Shown: piece after piece, positions 16,060-26,546 of the stretch | Position numbering within the stretch: position 1 is the first letter of the stretch | Layout: the number at the start of each line of letters is the position of its first letter | Virus genome (UHGV): UHGV-1374997 | Origin: a virus | Length of the DNA: 64,000 nucleotides | Strand: one strand, 5' to 3' | Program-made: the position numbers and the translations under genes | Notes under the pieces: generated by a model | Database searches by the model: none | What the model saw: the letters and a program-made list of their open reading frames with translations, nothing else | What the model was told of the DNA's origin: nothing

Positions 16060-16631
16060 GATTCTTCCTCCATTTCTTGCTCGACCGTAATTCTTGCATG
16101 TTTAAGGCGACATTGCACGCATTTATATCTTAATGGGCCTATCTCTATACAACCCTCGCCAATCATTTCGCACGGCATGATATTCATTTCGCAAACTTTC
16201 GCCAGCAAAAGAGCTACCCTTGCCTCAAATTCAGCTACATCTTGACTAAAACCAGACAGAGCGTATCGTTTTGGGGTCATAGGATAATTTTCACCCACGC
16301 ATTGAGCGTAATAACAGAATCTATAAATACACTCGGTCTTTTTATCCCTTCCGCACCTAAAACATACGTCTTTTCTGTTTTCCAACCACTCCTTTTCGCT
16401 ATCTTTAAGTTGAAATCTATAGCTTTCTTTGTTGTATAGGTCTTTAATCGGAAATTTAGCGTCCCAATCAGCTTCGGCGGCTTCCTTTGTTTTGAAAAGA
16501 TCCGACTTTTTATTACAGAAAATGCTATTGCAAGTCACATGCCACATTTCGTATGGACCAACAAAAGAGTCGATTAGAACCTTCTTGGCAGTTGCGGCAT
16601 TAGCACAATGAGGACATCTTCTTGTGCTCAT
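16056..16631 (-). CDS. tandem zinc-ribbon protein with Lar-like (restriction alleviation family) N-domain
   Basis: CPHCANA...CNSIFC...EAAEADWDAKF resembles Lar-family CxxC...EAIxAWN; second Cys-rich repeat follows; start at ATG 16631 with G-rich SD. Confidence 0.55.
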   Translation of the reverse strand: MSTRRCPHCANAATAKKVLIDSFVGPYEMWHVTCNSIFCNKKSDLFKTKEAAEADWDAKFPIKDLYNKESYRFQLKDSEKEWLENRKDVCFRCGRDKKTECIYRFCYYAQCVGENYPMTPKRYALSGFSQDVAEFEARVALLLAKVCEMNIMPCEMIGEGCIEIGPLRYKCVQCRLKHARITVEQEMEEES

Positions 16632-16647
16632 ATGAACCCCCATTTCA

Positions 16648-16881
16648 CTACACACTCGTAAGCCTGTACTTTTCATACAGGACGAAGGCTTCTCCACGAT
16701 GGCCCGGAAGTCTCTCCGCTGTATCCGGAAATTTAAGCCTCAAAATAACTTTGCGCCCCGTCTGCTTTGAAAAACGTTCCGCCGAAGGCAAGCTCTCCCA
16801 TGCCCGTACAGGAGGGAGAATGCCTCCGGAGCTTCTGTATCGATTAAGTTTCTTCGCCGTGGTCACATGCCATACGATCAT
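16648..16881 (-). CDS. hypothetical small protein (77 aa)
   Basis: Strong SD AAGGAGG + ATG; stop abuts next gene start. Confidence 0.6.
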   Translation of the reverse strand: MIVWHVTTAKKLNRYRSSGGILPPVRAWESLPSAERFSKQTGRKVILRLKFPDTAERLPGHRGEAFVLYEKYRLTSV

Positions 16882-17219
16882 TTATTTACCTCCTTTCAAT
16901 GTTTCCAACAAACGCAGAATACCCGGATATTCGTAGAGTGTCAACAACTTTTTTACGAAAAAAAAAATACTTGTTTCTGACTCTAGGGAATATCTCCGAA
17001 GAAATATTCCAGAAGGAATATCCGGGTATAGCTCCGATAGCGTGTATGCTACGCGGGAACGTAACCAAATAAAAGAAGAGATTATGGATGATACGGAGGC
17101 TAGAATGGCCTTTTTAGAGCTTGAAATGTGTTTCGTGAGTATTTGTTCGTGTGAGGTTAAAATGGGGCCTTAAAAACGATTTGTATAGGAACTTTTATAA
17201 TTTCATAGTCTTACGTATA

Positions 17220-17735
17220 TTAGACCAAATCATTCAGATAGTCTTCGGTAGTCAGGATAACGTTCTTTAATTGATTTTTCTTATAATCTTGCAGGGCTAC
17301 GTAAGCAAGAAGCAGGGCATCAGAACGATTGTGGTGTTTCTTTAAATGAAGAGGGGCGTCAGGGAACATCTCTCGGGCCATCGGGAGCGACGGTTTGTCT
17401 TTCTTGTCGATTTTGACGAGATTAAGCTCGCGTTGCCAGTACTGAGGAGGGACAAGAGAATACGGAATTTCGAGCGTCCGCAGGATACCTTGCCAAGTCC
17501 CAAAATTCTCTCCGAAGGAAAACGTGGAAACTACTCCCTGTTTCGGCATGGCGTGGACTTTCTCAATGTAGGCGTGATTGACGTGTTTATTGAACTTACG
17601 AAGAAATGAGATTGGGTGATTCGTAAAATCGCAGATTGAACAAAATGATCCATCGTCAGAGATTATAGCTACGGCACCAGTTTTTCCGGGGTCGATGCCG
17701 ATGAAATACGGTTTATCGAATTTTGATTTAGCCAT
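17220..17735 (-). CDS. RuvC-like Holliday junction resolvase
   Basis: N-terminal YFIGIDPGKTGAVAIIS motif. Confidence 0.7.
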   Translation of the reverse strand: MAKSKFDKPYFIGIDPGKTGAVAIISDDGSFCSICDFTNHPISFLRKFNKHVNHAYIEKVHAMPKQGVVSTFSFGENFGTWQGILRTLEIPYSLVPPQYWQRELNLVKIDKKDKPSLPMAREMFPDAPLHLKKHHNRSDALLLAYVALQDYKKNQLKNVILTTEDYLNDLV

Positions 17736-17831
17736 CGGATATTTACTCCTGTGTAACATTTTATACTGTGTAGGTTTTTTGATTATCCAATGTGTGTAGC
17801 AGAAGAGTCGAAGGAAGTCAAGGATGGAGTG

Positions 17832-18232
17832 TGTGGGATCAGTTGGAGCCTGTGATCACTATGTGGTGTGATCAGGACGAAGGCTATAAACTCTTGAAAT
17901 TTTTATTTAAAAAAATTCAACTGATCACAACTGATCACATTTTTCGAAAAAAGATAAACCATATTAATGAGTTGCAATTTTGTGATCAGTTGACACAGCT
18001 CAGGGGTGTCCCAAAGTTTCTTTATATGTGATCTATGGGGGAGGGGTATAGTGTTGCATATATGCAACATGGAAAGAAAGGAACATTTTTTCTTACATAG
18101 ACTTTCTATTTATACTGATCACATGATCACAAAATAAAAATATAGATATAAGTAATTGAAATAATAAAATAAAAAATGTGATCAGTTTGTGATCAGTTAA
18201 ACCGTTTGTGATCACTTCAACCGATCACACAC
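17832..18232. repeat. putative replication origin: about 14 copies of (T)GTGATCA(C/G) iterons in both orientations flanking an AT-rich core (18131-18176) and an 18-bp perfect palindrome TGTTGCATATATGCAACA (18052-18069)
   Basis: Direct reading of an 830-bp non-coding gap next to the primase gene. Confidence 0.6.
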
Positions 18233-18503
18233 CTGTTAAAATCCCATTTTTCGAAGCTCCTCTCCCAATCTGTGGGAAAGCTAAAAACTTAAAGTGTAAC
18301 TCTAAGAATTTCTTTGTAGTTGAAATAACTCGACTTTTTATTTACGGTTTAATTCGTAAAGTTTCCGTTTAAAACTCTTTTAAAAGCCGGAATTTCTTAT
18401 CGACCGATTTAATTGACTTTTTTATTTTGGGTTTCTTTTAGTTTTAATTCGGAAAGTTTTCCGGTTTAAAAGAAACCAAAACTCTTTTAAACGGATCAAA
18501 AGA

Positions 18504-18567
18504 CGAAAAGAAGATCCGAATCTCGGAGCCCGACAGATCGGCAAATGAGATTCGGATCTTCTTTTCG
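18504..18567. terminator. 21-bp perfect inverted repeat CGAAAAGAAGATCCGAATCTC / GAGATTCGGATCTTCTTTTCG, 22-nt loop
   Basis: Immediately 3' of the primase stop on the minus strand; preceded by two related 60-80-bp direct repeats (18331-18492). Confidence 0.55.
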
Positions 18568-18592
18568 TCCGAGTTTAGGTTTTAGGTTTGGA

Positions 18593-21196
18593 TTAATCCA
18601 TATTCAATTCTTCAAATTCAGTTTTTGGGATATTAAGATACTCGCAGAATAATTCGACGCATTTTTCTTTGGAGGGGAAATCCCAGACTCGCATCCTATC
18701 AGTCCTGTCCGAAACGGTGATAACTTTTCGGTGGGAGTCATCCAGACTAAAGATTCTCTTTGTTTCAATCCTGAATTTTTTAAGAGACACAATGTTGTAA
18801 GAGCTTGCGCGAGTCCTAACCATCTTCTGGGTGAACTTATCATGAGCATCAGTCATCGACAAGTAGGTGGGCCAGTTTCTATTTTCTGAATTTTCAAATA
18901 GCTTCGAGGCTCTTTCATCTTCAATTTCTGCCCGAGGATATACTCCATCAGAAATGACATCATACCACCATTGCTGTACGCTATTCAAAGAAAGGAGTTT
19001 CTGTTCCATGAGAGCCTTCGTCTGGGGAGCCTCTCGGATATTCACTCCGCTAAAGTCATAATGTTTCAGATAGACGTAAAGGGCCTCGTCACCGCCATTC
19101 TCAAATTCCTCATTAAGGTCTTTGAAGTATCCTTGAGTGTCCTGCTTATGCTTCGAGGACACATCGAGAACAAAGAATCTGCGGGCGTCCTTACCTGCGG
19201 GGATAACCCAGTCCTCGTTAGAAGACATGATGAACCGGGAGCAGGAATGCACAGAGTATGATTCGAAGCCTTTCCTTTCGATCACCTGAGTACGTTCCGT
19301 GATCTGTGATTTCAGAATGCTTTCGTCCTGTTTGCTTCCGGCCCAGACAGCTTCGTCGAGATAGATAAGGACTTTCCCTTCGGTGGCTCCGTTGAAGTTA
19401 GAAAAGTAATGCTGCCTATTCGCTACGGACAGGCCGTGCTTACCCAACATGCTCATGAACGGGGATACGAAAGAGCCTTTACCAGTACCTTCCTCACCAC
19501 GAAGCACAACGGCTACGCCGGGCTTATCCTCCGGCTTTTGGACCATATGTGCAAGCCAAGCCCACATATACCGTTGGTGGTCTTCATTACCATCACAGAT
19601 TACTTCATTGACATGGCTCCTAAACAATTTGCAGCGTTCAGTGGCCTCGGCAATTCCCATCTCCGAGTTTGCGTATTTAAATCCACGCCAGAGATTGTAA
19701 TAGCCTTTTGGAGCCCCCTGCGGAGCAAATTCAACCCCACGGTATTGACGGCGGTTCTTGCTTTCCATCCACGCTTTGAAGAGGGGCTTTTGCTTCACGT
19801 TTCCTTTTGCATCAAGAAACTCGAATGCGGGAAGATTTGCGGAGAACTCTTCGGCGGCCCTAGGAGTAAGGAATTTGGATTCCCCGTCAGGATCTTCGTA
19901 AATGATTGCCGATTTCCCTCCGATAAAAGTAAAAGCGAAAAGGCCATTCATTTTCTTGATCAGAGGATGTACGTAGTCCTGATCGGAATCTTCTTCCTTT
20001 TCGGCGTTTTTAACAATATCGGATGATGAATCCTCCGAATTTCCGAAAGGATTATCCTCTACACTGGTCGGGGATTCCTTGTTCTCGGTTTTAGGTTCTT
20101 CCGTTCCATAGTCTTTCATAATCATCTCAAACATGCGTTCGGCATAGATTGGGCAGCTTCCACAGACCCTCGAACGCTCTTTTCCCAGAATCGTAATCAT
20201 CGCTCCGCAACCGAAATCGCACGGGGATTTCTCGTCAGTATCCCACACGCTTTCAAGATGGTGCGTCCTGTCCATAGCCGAAGTATAACCTTGAGACTCT
20301 TCGAAGTTTTCGAGAAAGTCGACTACGAGAGGATGGTTAATGGCTTCCGGCTTTGTGAATCCCGCAGATCTGAGAGCGGGGACAATGGCGGAGAAGCACA
20401 TCTGATTGAAGGAATAGTCTCCAGCTTTCTTTGTAAGTCCAAGAATCGCCTTTAGGCAAGGAACGATTTCCTTGTCCTTAATATTAAGCGGGGCTTGCTT
20501 CCTTTCTGAGCGGGCTTTGATGGCCCCTACGACATTCGCTTCACATCTACGGAAAAGATCGCTCAGATAGTCAATTCTGGCGGGTTTCTTCGCTTGTTCG
20601 TCAGGTTGAGGCGATAGAGCTTTGCTCTGGAAATATTCGATGGTATTATTGATAAGCTCGTCCGCGCTAATACGAATTTTGTATCTGCCGTTGGAACGAA
20701 GCCTATTCGCAATTCGGAACATCTTTCCACGCTTCATAGCGAACATGGAATAGTCGAGAGTCTTATAGCCTTCCTCGCTAGGGAAAAGTTCAAGGCACAC
20801 TTCTTTGTAAATCCAAGGAAGGACGCGATGCCCATTTTCCGCGCCAAAAGCCTCCGCAGGAACGACGATATGAAAACCCTTCTGCCCCGAATAATAAATT
20901 TTAAGAGACTCCGAATCCAATCCCAAAAGAACCAATTTATTCAAAGCATTTACTGTATCGATACGGCTCTCCTCAGCATCTTTTGAGTCGAAATCGAGAG
21001 TCAAATCCCCATATCGTACTACAGCCAAATTAAGGATATCCTTATTTTCATCCTTATAATTGGGCTCCGTTTCAAAAGACATTGACGTAGAGAACATAGC
21101 GATATTCGGCACTTTGTCGATTTTACAAATCTTCCAAGCGCTTTCCCTTTCTTCAACTTTCCAATATACAAAGCGTTGCATATATGCCACCCTCAT
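18593..21196 (-). CDS. bifunctional primase-polymerase (AEP PrimPol N-domain) + P4/D5-type SF3 helicase
   Basis: SGQKGFHIVV primpol motif; Walker A GEEGTGKGSFV, Walker B IYLDEA. Confidence 0.85.
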   Translation of the reverse strand: MRVAYMQRFVYWKVEERESAWKICKIDKVPNIAMFSTSMSFETEPNYKDENKDILNLAVVRYGDLTLDFDSKDAEESRIDTVNALNKLVLLGLDSESLKIYYSGQKGFHIVVPAEAFGAENGHRVLPWIYKEVCLELFPSEEGYKTLDYSMFAMKRGKMFRIANRLRSNGRYKIRISADELINNTIEYFQSKALSPQPDEQAKKPARIDYLSDLFRRCEANVVGAIKARSERKQAPLNIKDKEIVPCLKAILGLTKKAGDYSFNQMCFSAIVPALRSAGFTKPEAINHPLVVDFLENFEESQGYTSAMDRTHHLESVWDTDEKSPCDFGCGAMITILGKERSRVCGSCPIYAERMFEMIMKDYGTEEPKTENKESPTSVEDNPFGNSEDSSSDIVKNAEKEEDSDQDYVHPLIKKMNGLFAFTFIGGKSAIIYEDPDGESKFLTPRAAEEFSANLPAFEFLDAKGNVKQKPLFKAWMESKNRRQYRGVEFAPQGAPKGYYNLWRGFKYANSEMGIAEATERCKLFRSHVNEVICDGNEDHQRYMWAWLAHMVQKPEDKPGVAVVLRGEEGTGKGSFVSPFMSMLGKHGLSVANRQHYFSNFNGATEGKVLIYLDEAVWAGSKQDESILKSQITERTQVIERKGFESYSVHSCSRFIMSSNEDWVIPAGKDARRFFVLDVSSKHKQDTQGYFKDLNEEFENGGDEALYVYLKHYDFSGVNIREAPQTKALMEQKLLSLNSVQQWWYDVISDGVYPRAEIEDERASKLFENSENRNWPTYLSMTDAHDKFTQKMVRTRASSYNIVSLKKFRIETKRIFSLDDSHRKVITVSDRTDRMRVWDFPSKEKCVELFCEYLNIPKTEFEELNMD

Positions 21197-21207
21197 CTCC
21201 TTATTTT

Positions 21208-22434
21208 CTATTTATTTCTAGGCTTTACGATATGCACTTTTTCTTTTGCCCGAGTAATCGACGTATACATCCAGTGCTTTCTGTTTTGAATATCGTTTTT
21301 TCTCATTTCATCATCAAATATAATAACGTAAGGCCATTCGCTTCCTTGAGATGCGTGTGCGGTAATTGCATAGGCAAAGTCGACGACGATAGACCCCCAC
21401 TTCGGCTTATTGCTTTCAGGAAGTTCAAATGCCGCCCGAAGAAGGGAATCATTCACTTTTATAGTGTGATGCGTGTCTCCATCTTCCTTATAGTCAAAAT
21501 ATAAAGTAATTTTATTTTGACTTTCGTGAGATCCTACAACACTTCCGATATCTCCATTGACCAATATCAGCTTATTATATTTTTTTGAAACAGATTCCCG
21601 GATATTCTGCTTGACGATTATTTTATCGCCAACAACCGGAAATACCTGATTTTTTTCTTCACGAAGCCAACGATTGAGCTTCATTCTGGTAGAGTTCTGG
21701 CCCGTAATGACCTGATCCGCGATAGTATACTCTTCTTTAGGCAACCCATAGGAGAATCCTATTCCTTCGTTTTTCCAATATTCCCATCCTTGGAAGCCTC
21801 CCATACGAATTTCCGTGGCTAGACGAGTAATCGGGGATTCCAATGCGGCACGATGCACCTCCGACAGGAACGCATCGAAATCCGAGGGATTGGAAGGAAG
21901 GACTTGAGCGGATTTTACAGGTTGCAGTTGGAAAGGGTCCCCAACAAGAATGAGTTTCTTGCAGATCTGTTTCAGGGCCTTAAACTCTTTATACCCCAAC
22001 ATGGAGGATTCGTCAATGACAACAACCCTCGAAAAGAGTTCCGGGCACGGAGAATATGTGAACTCTATGCCTAAATTATTTTTTGCCTCCAGCAAATACG
22101 TGTATCTTACGATGTCTTGGTCTTCACCGGACTCATCAGCTATTTTTCTTGCTTCCTCCAGTTCTTCATCGCTGATTTCTCTAACGGAATAGAGCGCAGA
22201 ATGCACCGTCTTTATGAGCGTCCCCGCTGGCATTTTTCGAGAAAGTACTTGACAGGCTTTTCCCGTAGGAGCGAGCATGATCAATTCATCTTTATAGTAT
22301 TCAGCCAAGGCGTAAAGCAGCGTAGTCTTGCCTGTACCCGCACAGCCCCCTAGCATAAAGGGCTCCCAATCCTTTTTATGCCGAATGATTTTTTCAATTG
22401 CCTCATTTTGATGAGGAGTTAGGATGACTCCCAT
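21208..22434 (-). CDS. SF1 DNA helicase, Dda/RecD-like
   Basis: GGCAGTGKTT, LAPTGKA, DESSM, GDPFQLQPV, YAITAHASQGSEW. Confidence 0.85.
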   Translation of the reverse strand: MGVILTPHQNEAIEKIIRHKKDWEPFMLGGCAGTGKTTLLYALAEYYKDELIMLAPTGKACQVLSRKMPAGTLIKTVHSALYSVREISDEELEEARKIADESGEDQDIVRYTYLLEAKNNLGIEFTYSPCPELFSRVVVIDESSMLGYKEFKALKQICKKLILVGDPFQLQPVKSAQVLPSNPSDFDAFLSEVHRAALESPITRLATEIRMGGFQGWEYWKNEGIGFSYGLPKEEYTIADQVITGQNSTRMKLNRWLREEKNQVFPVVGDKIIVKQNIRESVSKKYNKLILVNGDIGSVVGSHESQNKITLYFDYKEDGDTHHTIKVNDSLLRAAFELPESNKPKWGSIVVDFAYAITAHASQGSEWPYVIIFDDEMRKNDIQNRKHWMYTSITRAKEKVHIVKPRNK

Positions 22435-22554
22435 GTATAAAACCTCCTTTGAAAAAAAAATACTTTGAAAAACATCCTATTTAAAACACACAAAATCCGA
22501 AATACCCAAGAATGATAGATCGGATTTTGTGGGGAGTCAATAGAAAAATTTAAG

Positions 22555-22785
22555 TTATTCTTCGATATTAAGTTTTTTCTTTACAGTAAGAAGTACAGAA
22601 CAGGCTTCATTAATCCACATTTTAAGATTATCGAGGTCTTGACGCATTTTTTGATTTTCCGTAAAAGCGGAATTGAGGGCAACTTCTTTACTTTTAAGTT
22701 TTGCTTCCAATGCTGAATTAGTACGTTTGAGGTCTTCTACTTGTTTGTATAAATCTGATGAATCTTTAGAATTGAACAACCACAT
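22555..22785 (-). CDS. hypothetical coiled-coil protein (76 aa)
   Basis: ORF; hairpin CACAAAATCCGA..TCGGATTTTGTG downstream (22490-22540). Confidence 0.5.
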   Translation of the reverse strand: MWLFNSKDSSDLYKQVEDLKRTNSALEAKLKSKEVALNSAFTENQKMRQDLDNLKMWINEACSVLLTVKKKLNIEE

Positions 22786-22807
22786 ACTTTATTTCCTTTT
22801 TTTATTA

Positions 22808-23026
22808 TTATTTTATAAGATACAGAGCGATTTGCCCCGCCTGATAGGGGATAAAAAAGCAAGTGCAAACCATAATGTAAAATACAATATTTTTTGTTTC
22901 CTCAGTGTCGTATTCTTCATCATATGCAAGATGAAAAGAAAGCGCATGAATGAGAAATCCCCAAATCACCGCCGAGCATATGAACAATATGTCGAAGAAC
23001 CATTTTGTGGAAAACATAAATTCCAT
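22808..23026 (-). CDS. small membrane protein (72 aa)
   Basis: Two hydrophobic segments. Confidence 0.5.
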   Translation of the reverse strand: MEFMFSTKWFFDILFICSAVIWGFLIHALSFHLAYDEEYDTEETKNIVFYIMVCTCFFIPYQAGQIALYLIK

Positions 23027-23043
23027 AATATTACCTTTGCTTA

Positions 23044-23589
23044 TTAGATTTCATTTCCCCAACAATCCCAACCATTGTATTCCTGTCTAGCGAACAACTC
23101 TATTTTCCTACAATCCGGGCCGACAAGCTGTTCTATCCTTTGGCGGGCTTCATCTGGTTTTTTAGAGTGTTTCTCAATCTCAGACATTATGACTTGATGT
23201 ACTCCAGCGCAATTCCGAGCCATCTTGCCTTTCACTCCTATAAAGCAAGGCTCCGAATTTCCGCGAGTCCAATTGCCCAATCCGAAGAAAGGCTTTTTGT
23301 TAATGCGGTTCAGCTTAATCCACTGAAAACCGATTGTCTTATATTTGAATCCCCATTTTTCCATCAACCAAAGACCTTCCTTGATTAATGGATATGTCAT
23401 CCACATGAAAAGCACACAGTTGTCTTTACTAATGGATTCTACGGGAAGCTCCCCAATATCTTTTATGTTCATAGTAGAATAATGTTTTTCTGCCGAGCCA
23501 TTAAGACCTTTATTGGAATAGCTCCAAGGCGGGTCTGCGTAAATGACATCGTATTTTTCAGGGCAATGCCACAGGTCTTTTATAATCAT
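23044..23589 (-). CDS. DNA N6-adenine methyltransferase, MT-A70 family
   Basis: Catalytic motif YDVIYADPPWSY (DPPW). Confidence 0.8.
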   Translation of the reverse strand: MIIKDLWHCPEKYDVIYADPPWSYSNKGLNGSAEKHYSTMNIKDIGELPVESISKDNCVLFMWMTYPLIKEGLWLMEKWGFKYKTIGFQWIKLNRINKKPFFGLGNWTRGNSEPCFIGVKGKMARNCAGVHQVIMSEIEKHSKKPDEARQRIEQLVGPDCRKIELFARQEYNGWDCWGNEI

Positions 23590-23600
23590 GAAGTATCCTA

Positions 23601-23831
23601 TTAAAGTGTTTCAAATTCAATTTCGGAATCATCGGTATTTTCAGTATCTTCAATGAAAGGCTCATATTCTTTACAAACGGAGCATACCTCGCCAGAAGTG
23701 ATAGGCGCGATTACTTCATCTTCATTTTCAGGATTTTTGTAAACAAATCTTACGCATCGTACAACAAGCCTATTTTCATTTTCAGGAATATCCACATAGG
23801 CGCACTTACACGTTCCAATTTTTGAATCCAT
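23601..23831 (-). CDS. small Cys-rich protein (76 aa; CKC...CSVC)
   Basis: ORF 23601..23918 with likely start MDSKIGTCKC. Confidence 0.5.
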   Translation of the reverse strand: MDSKIGTCKCAYVDIPENENRLVVRCVRFVYKNPENEDEVIAPITSGEVCSVCKEYEPFIEDTENTDDSEIEFETL

Positions 23832-23961
23832 TTTTAAGAGCCTCCTCTTCCCATTCTTTTTCGAGTTTTTCTTTATTAGGTACAGGGATGATAAAAACAC
23901 AAATGATGACCGTAGCAAAAGAAATCAGGCCACCATACAAAAGTGTCATAATAGTTTCCAT
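23806..23961 (-). CDS. possible 51-aa single-TM peptide
   Basis: GGAGAACACAG-ATG; METIMTLLYGGLISFATVIICVFII...; below ORF-track cutoff. Confidence 0.3.
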   Translation of the reverse strand: METIMTLLYGGLISFATVIICVFIIPVPNKEKLEKEWEEEALKNGFKNWNV

Positions 23962-23972
23962 CTGTGTTCTCC

Positions 23973-24293
23973 TTACATATGAAACATAGATTTCAGTTTT
24001 TCGATAGTAGAGAGATATGGATTCTCTTCATCATCGATAGAGACATTTTCCGTTGGAGTAAGTTCATCTAAAAGAGACTTTAACTCCGAGCGGATAAGTT
24101 TTTCGCAATTTTGCATCGCTCTGTATTTAGTTACATATCTTGAACTCGACAGAAATGTCCTACCAAATGCTGTAAATCCCCAATTTCCTTTGTCATCTTT
24201 AAAAACAGTTGCGCCCGGGTCTATTACGCTTTTCGTACAAAGGAGATATCTTTCTTGTTCGAGTGTCGATATATCTGCCCAATGATAATCCAT
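23973..24293 (-). CDS. hypothetical protein (106 aa)
   Basis: ORF at the strand-switch point. Confidence 0.6.
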   Translation of the reverse strand: MDYHWADISTLEQERYLLCTKSVIDPGATVFKDDKGNWGFTAFGRTFLSSSRYVTKYRAMQNCEKLIRSELKSLLDELTPTENVSIDDEENPYLSTIEKLKSMFHM

Positions 24294-24413
24294 AATTCAT
24301 CCTCCTCAATTTTTTCCCATACTATTTCACGAAGAAGTTTTTGTCAAGGGAAAAGTCTTGAATTTTTTGGTTGGATAGGTTACTTTGAAAAAATCACAGA
24401 TTTGGAGGGAATT

Positions 24414-26015
24414 ATGAGGTTGAGGTATAACGGAAAACTTTTTCAAATACGGGCACATACACAGGAAGAACGGAGTGCCCTTAGTAAAATGAAACACGTA
24501 ACATATAATAAGGAAGAAGATTGGTTCGAGACAAAGCTATTCAGGATTGCGAAGGAATTTATAGAAAGTTCTCACGATTACAGGACTAGAAGCATTCTTG
24601 AGAGTTTTTCAGAAAAATGGGATTTTTCTTGGGCCACAGCTCCGTCGAAAGGATTTTCCGTACCATCTAATGAAGGTTTGCAGTATTTAGATTATCAGTT
24701 GGCAGGTATAGAATATATGATGAGGAACCCCGGAGTCTTACTTGCTGATGAACCGGGAACGGGGAAAACCATTCAGATTGCCGGATATCTGAACAGCCTT
24801 CCGGAAATAAAGAGAGCTTTGATTATATGTCCATCATCCCTCCGGCTGAATTGGAAAAGGGAATTGGATAAATGGCTTGTCGATAAATCCCGTAAAGTAA
24901 CTTTGGACCCTAAAGACGATGAGGCTTTCGCGCATATCGTAAGCTTTTCGAGTGTATGGAGGCCGAACGTATTTCCTTTCCTCGACAAGAGAAAATACGA
25001 TGTTGTGGCTATTGACGAAGCTCATAACTGCAAAAATGACGAAGCGAAAAGGACTATTCAATCGCTTCATCTCGCAAAAAAAGCATTTCGGAAAGTCTTG
25101 ATGACCGGAACTCCTTTGGTGAATAGGCCCATAGAATTATTCCCGCTTCTGAACTGTCTTGACGAAAAAAGATGGCCTAATAAATTCGCGTTTGCATTCG
25201 AGTATTGTTCCGCGCATTATGAAGATATATACGTATATGATAAGCAAAAAGGACATGCGGTAAAAAAATCCGTACTCAATATGAGTGGAGCTAGCAATCT
25301 TCCATCCTTATCTGAGAAGCTCCGTGGATCGATGATGATTCGAAGATTGAAATCAGATGTGCTTCCGCAGCTTCCCAAGAAAAGAAGACAAGTTATCGAA
25401 ATACCTTTGGAGACGAAAGATTGTAAGGCCGCTATCAAAGAAGAAGCCAAACGATGGGCTAAATTATGTGATCTTTATGGATACGAAGAATGCGTGCGCC
25501 AGATGGAGTTTGGTGAGGGAGTCGCGTTTACCGAGATGGCGGCAAAGCGCAAGGAAGTTGCATTGAGCAAAATACCATTTTGTGTAGAATATTTAAAAGA
25601 TTTGCTTGAGGGGGTTGACAAAGTCGTCGTTTTCGCGCATCATAGGGCTGTTGTTGATTTACTAACTGACGAGCTTAAAGAGTACAATCCCGTAAAAGTT
25701 ATAGGAGGAATGTCGGACAAACAAAAGCAGGAAAGTGTTGATTCATTTCAAGAAAACGATAATGTGCATCTTTTTATCGGAAATATCCAAGCTGCTGGTG
25801 TCGGATACACCTTGACAAAAAGCTCAATAGTGATATTTGTAGAATTGGCATTTGTGCCCGGTCTTATGAGTCAAGCTGAGGATCGTTGTGTACGAATAGG
25901 GGCTACAGCGGATTATGTGCTTGTTCAGCATTTAGTCTTAGAAAAATCCCTTGACAAAGAACTTTGTTCCATGCTTATTCATAAACAGGAAATTGCAGAT
26001 AAAATTTTAAATTAA
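24414..26015 (+). CDS. SNF2-family DEAD/DEAH-box helicase
   Basis: LLADEPGTGKT, DEAHNCKN, LMTGTPLVN, QAEDRCVRIG; start refined to ATG 24414 after GGAGGG. Confidence 0.85.
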   Translation: MRLRYNGKLFQIRAHTQEERSALSKMKHVTYNKEEDWFETKLFRIAKEFIESSHDYRTRSILESFSEKWDFSWATAPSKGFSVPSNEGLQYLDYQLAGIEYMMRNPGVLLADEPGTGKTIQIAGYLNSLPEIKRALIICPSSLRLNWKRELDKWLVDKSRKVTLDPKDDEAFAHIVSFSSVWRPNVFPFLDKRKYDVVAIDEAHNCKNDEAKRTIQSLHLAKKAFRKVLMTGTPLVNRPIELFPLLNCLDEKRWPNKFAFAFEYCSAHYEDIYVYDKQKGHAVKKSVLNMSGASNLPSLSEKLRGSMMIRRLKSDVLPQLPKKRRQVIEIPLETKDCKAAIKEEAKRWAKLCDLYGYEECVRQMEFGEGVAFTEMAAKRKEVALSKIPFCVEYLKDLLEGVDKVVVFAHHRAVVDLLTDELKEYNPVKVIGGMSDKQKQESVDSFQENDNVHLFIGNIQAAGVGYTLTKSSIVIFVELAFVPGLMSQAEDRCVRIGATADYVLVQHLVLEKSLDKELCSMLIHKQEIADKILN

Positions 26016-26029
26016 TAAATAGGGATAAT

Positions 26030-26527
26030 ATGAAGCTTAATTTTGATAGTATCGTAGGTGTGGAGCTAGGTGAATTTCGTGATATCCTAACCTCTGTTCT
26101 TGATGGAAATTCATGTTTTATGGAAGAGATTTCTTTGAAAGCTCGTAGGGAATTGGGGTTTGCATTAGTGAAAGAAGAAGATTGTCATGGCAGGTCATAT
26201 CTTCCTCTTATTAAAAAGTACGTTAAACTTATTAAATGTCAAGAAAGCTCCGAATATGAAAGATTGGTTTTGCATGGCGCAAAATTTATGGGCCTTGAAA
26301 GAGAAATTGGTTCCTATGCCATGCGAAATAAGGAAGAACTTATTTTCAGAGATCCGAGTAAACTAGCCATAATTTCCGTTTATGTGAAAGAAGTTCTTAT
26401 CCCTGAAATTTTAGATTCTTTGGAAAATATTCCTGTGGAGGAAAGAAAGTCTTTAGCTATTCTTATAAAAAGTATGTCGGAATCGGAGTTTGCAGACCTT
26501 ATTTTTGAAAATTTTTTTAATAAATAA
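26030..26527 (+). CDS. hypothetical protein (165 aa)
   Basis: ORF. Confidence 0.6.
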   Translation: MKLNFDSIVGVELGEFRDILTSVLDGNSCFMEEISLKARRELGFALVKEEDCHGRSYLPLIKKYVKLIKCQESSEYERLVLHGAKFMGLEREIGSYAMRNKEELIFRDPSKLAIISVYVKEVLIPEILDSLENIPVEERKSLAILIKSMSESEFADLIFENFFNK

Positions 26528-26546
26528 TTAAAGGAGATAGAACTTA

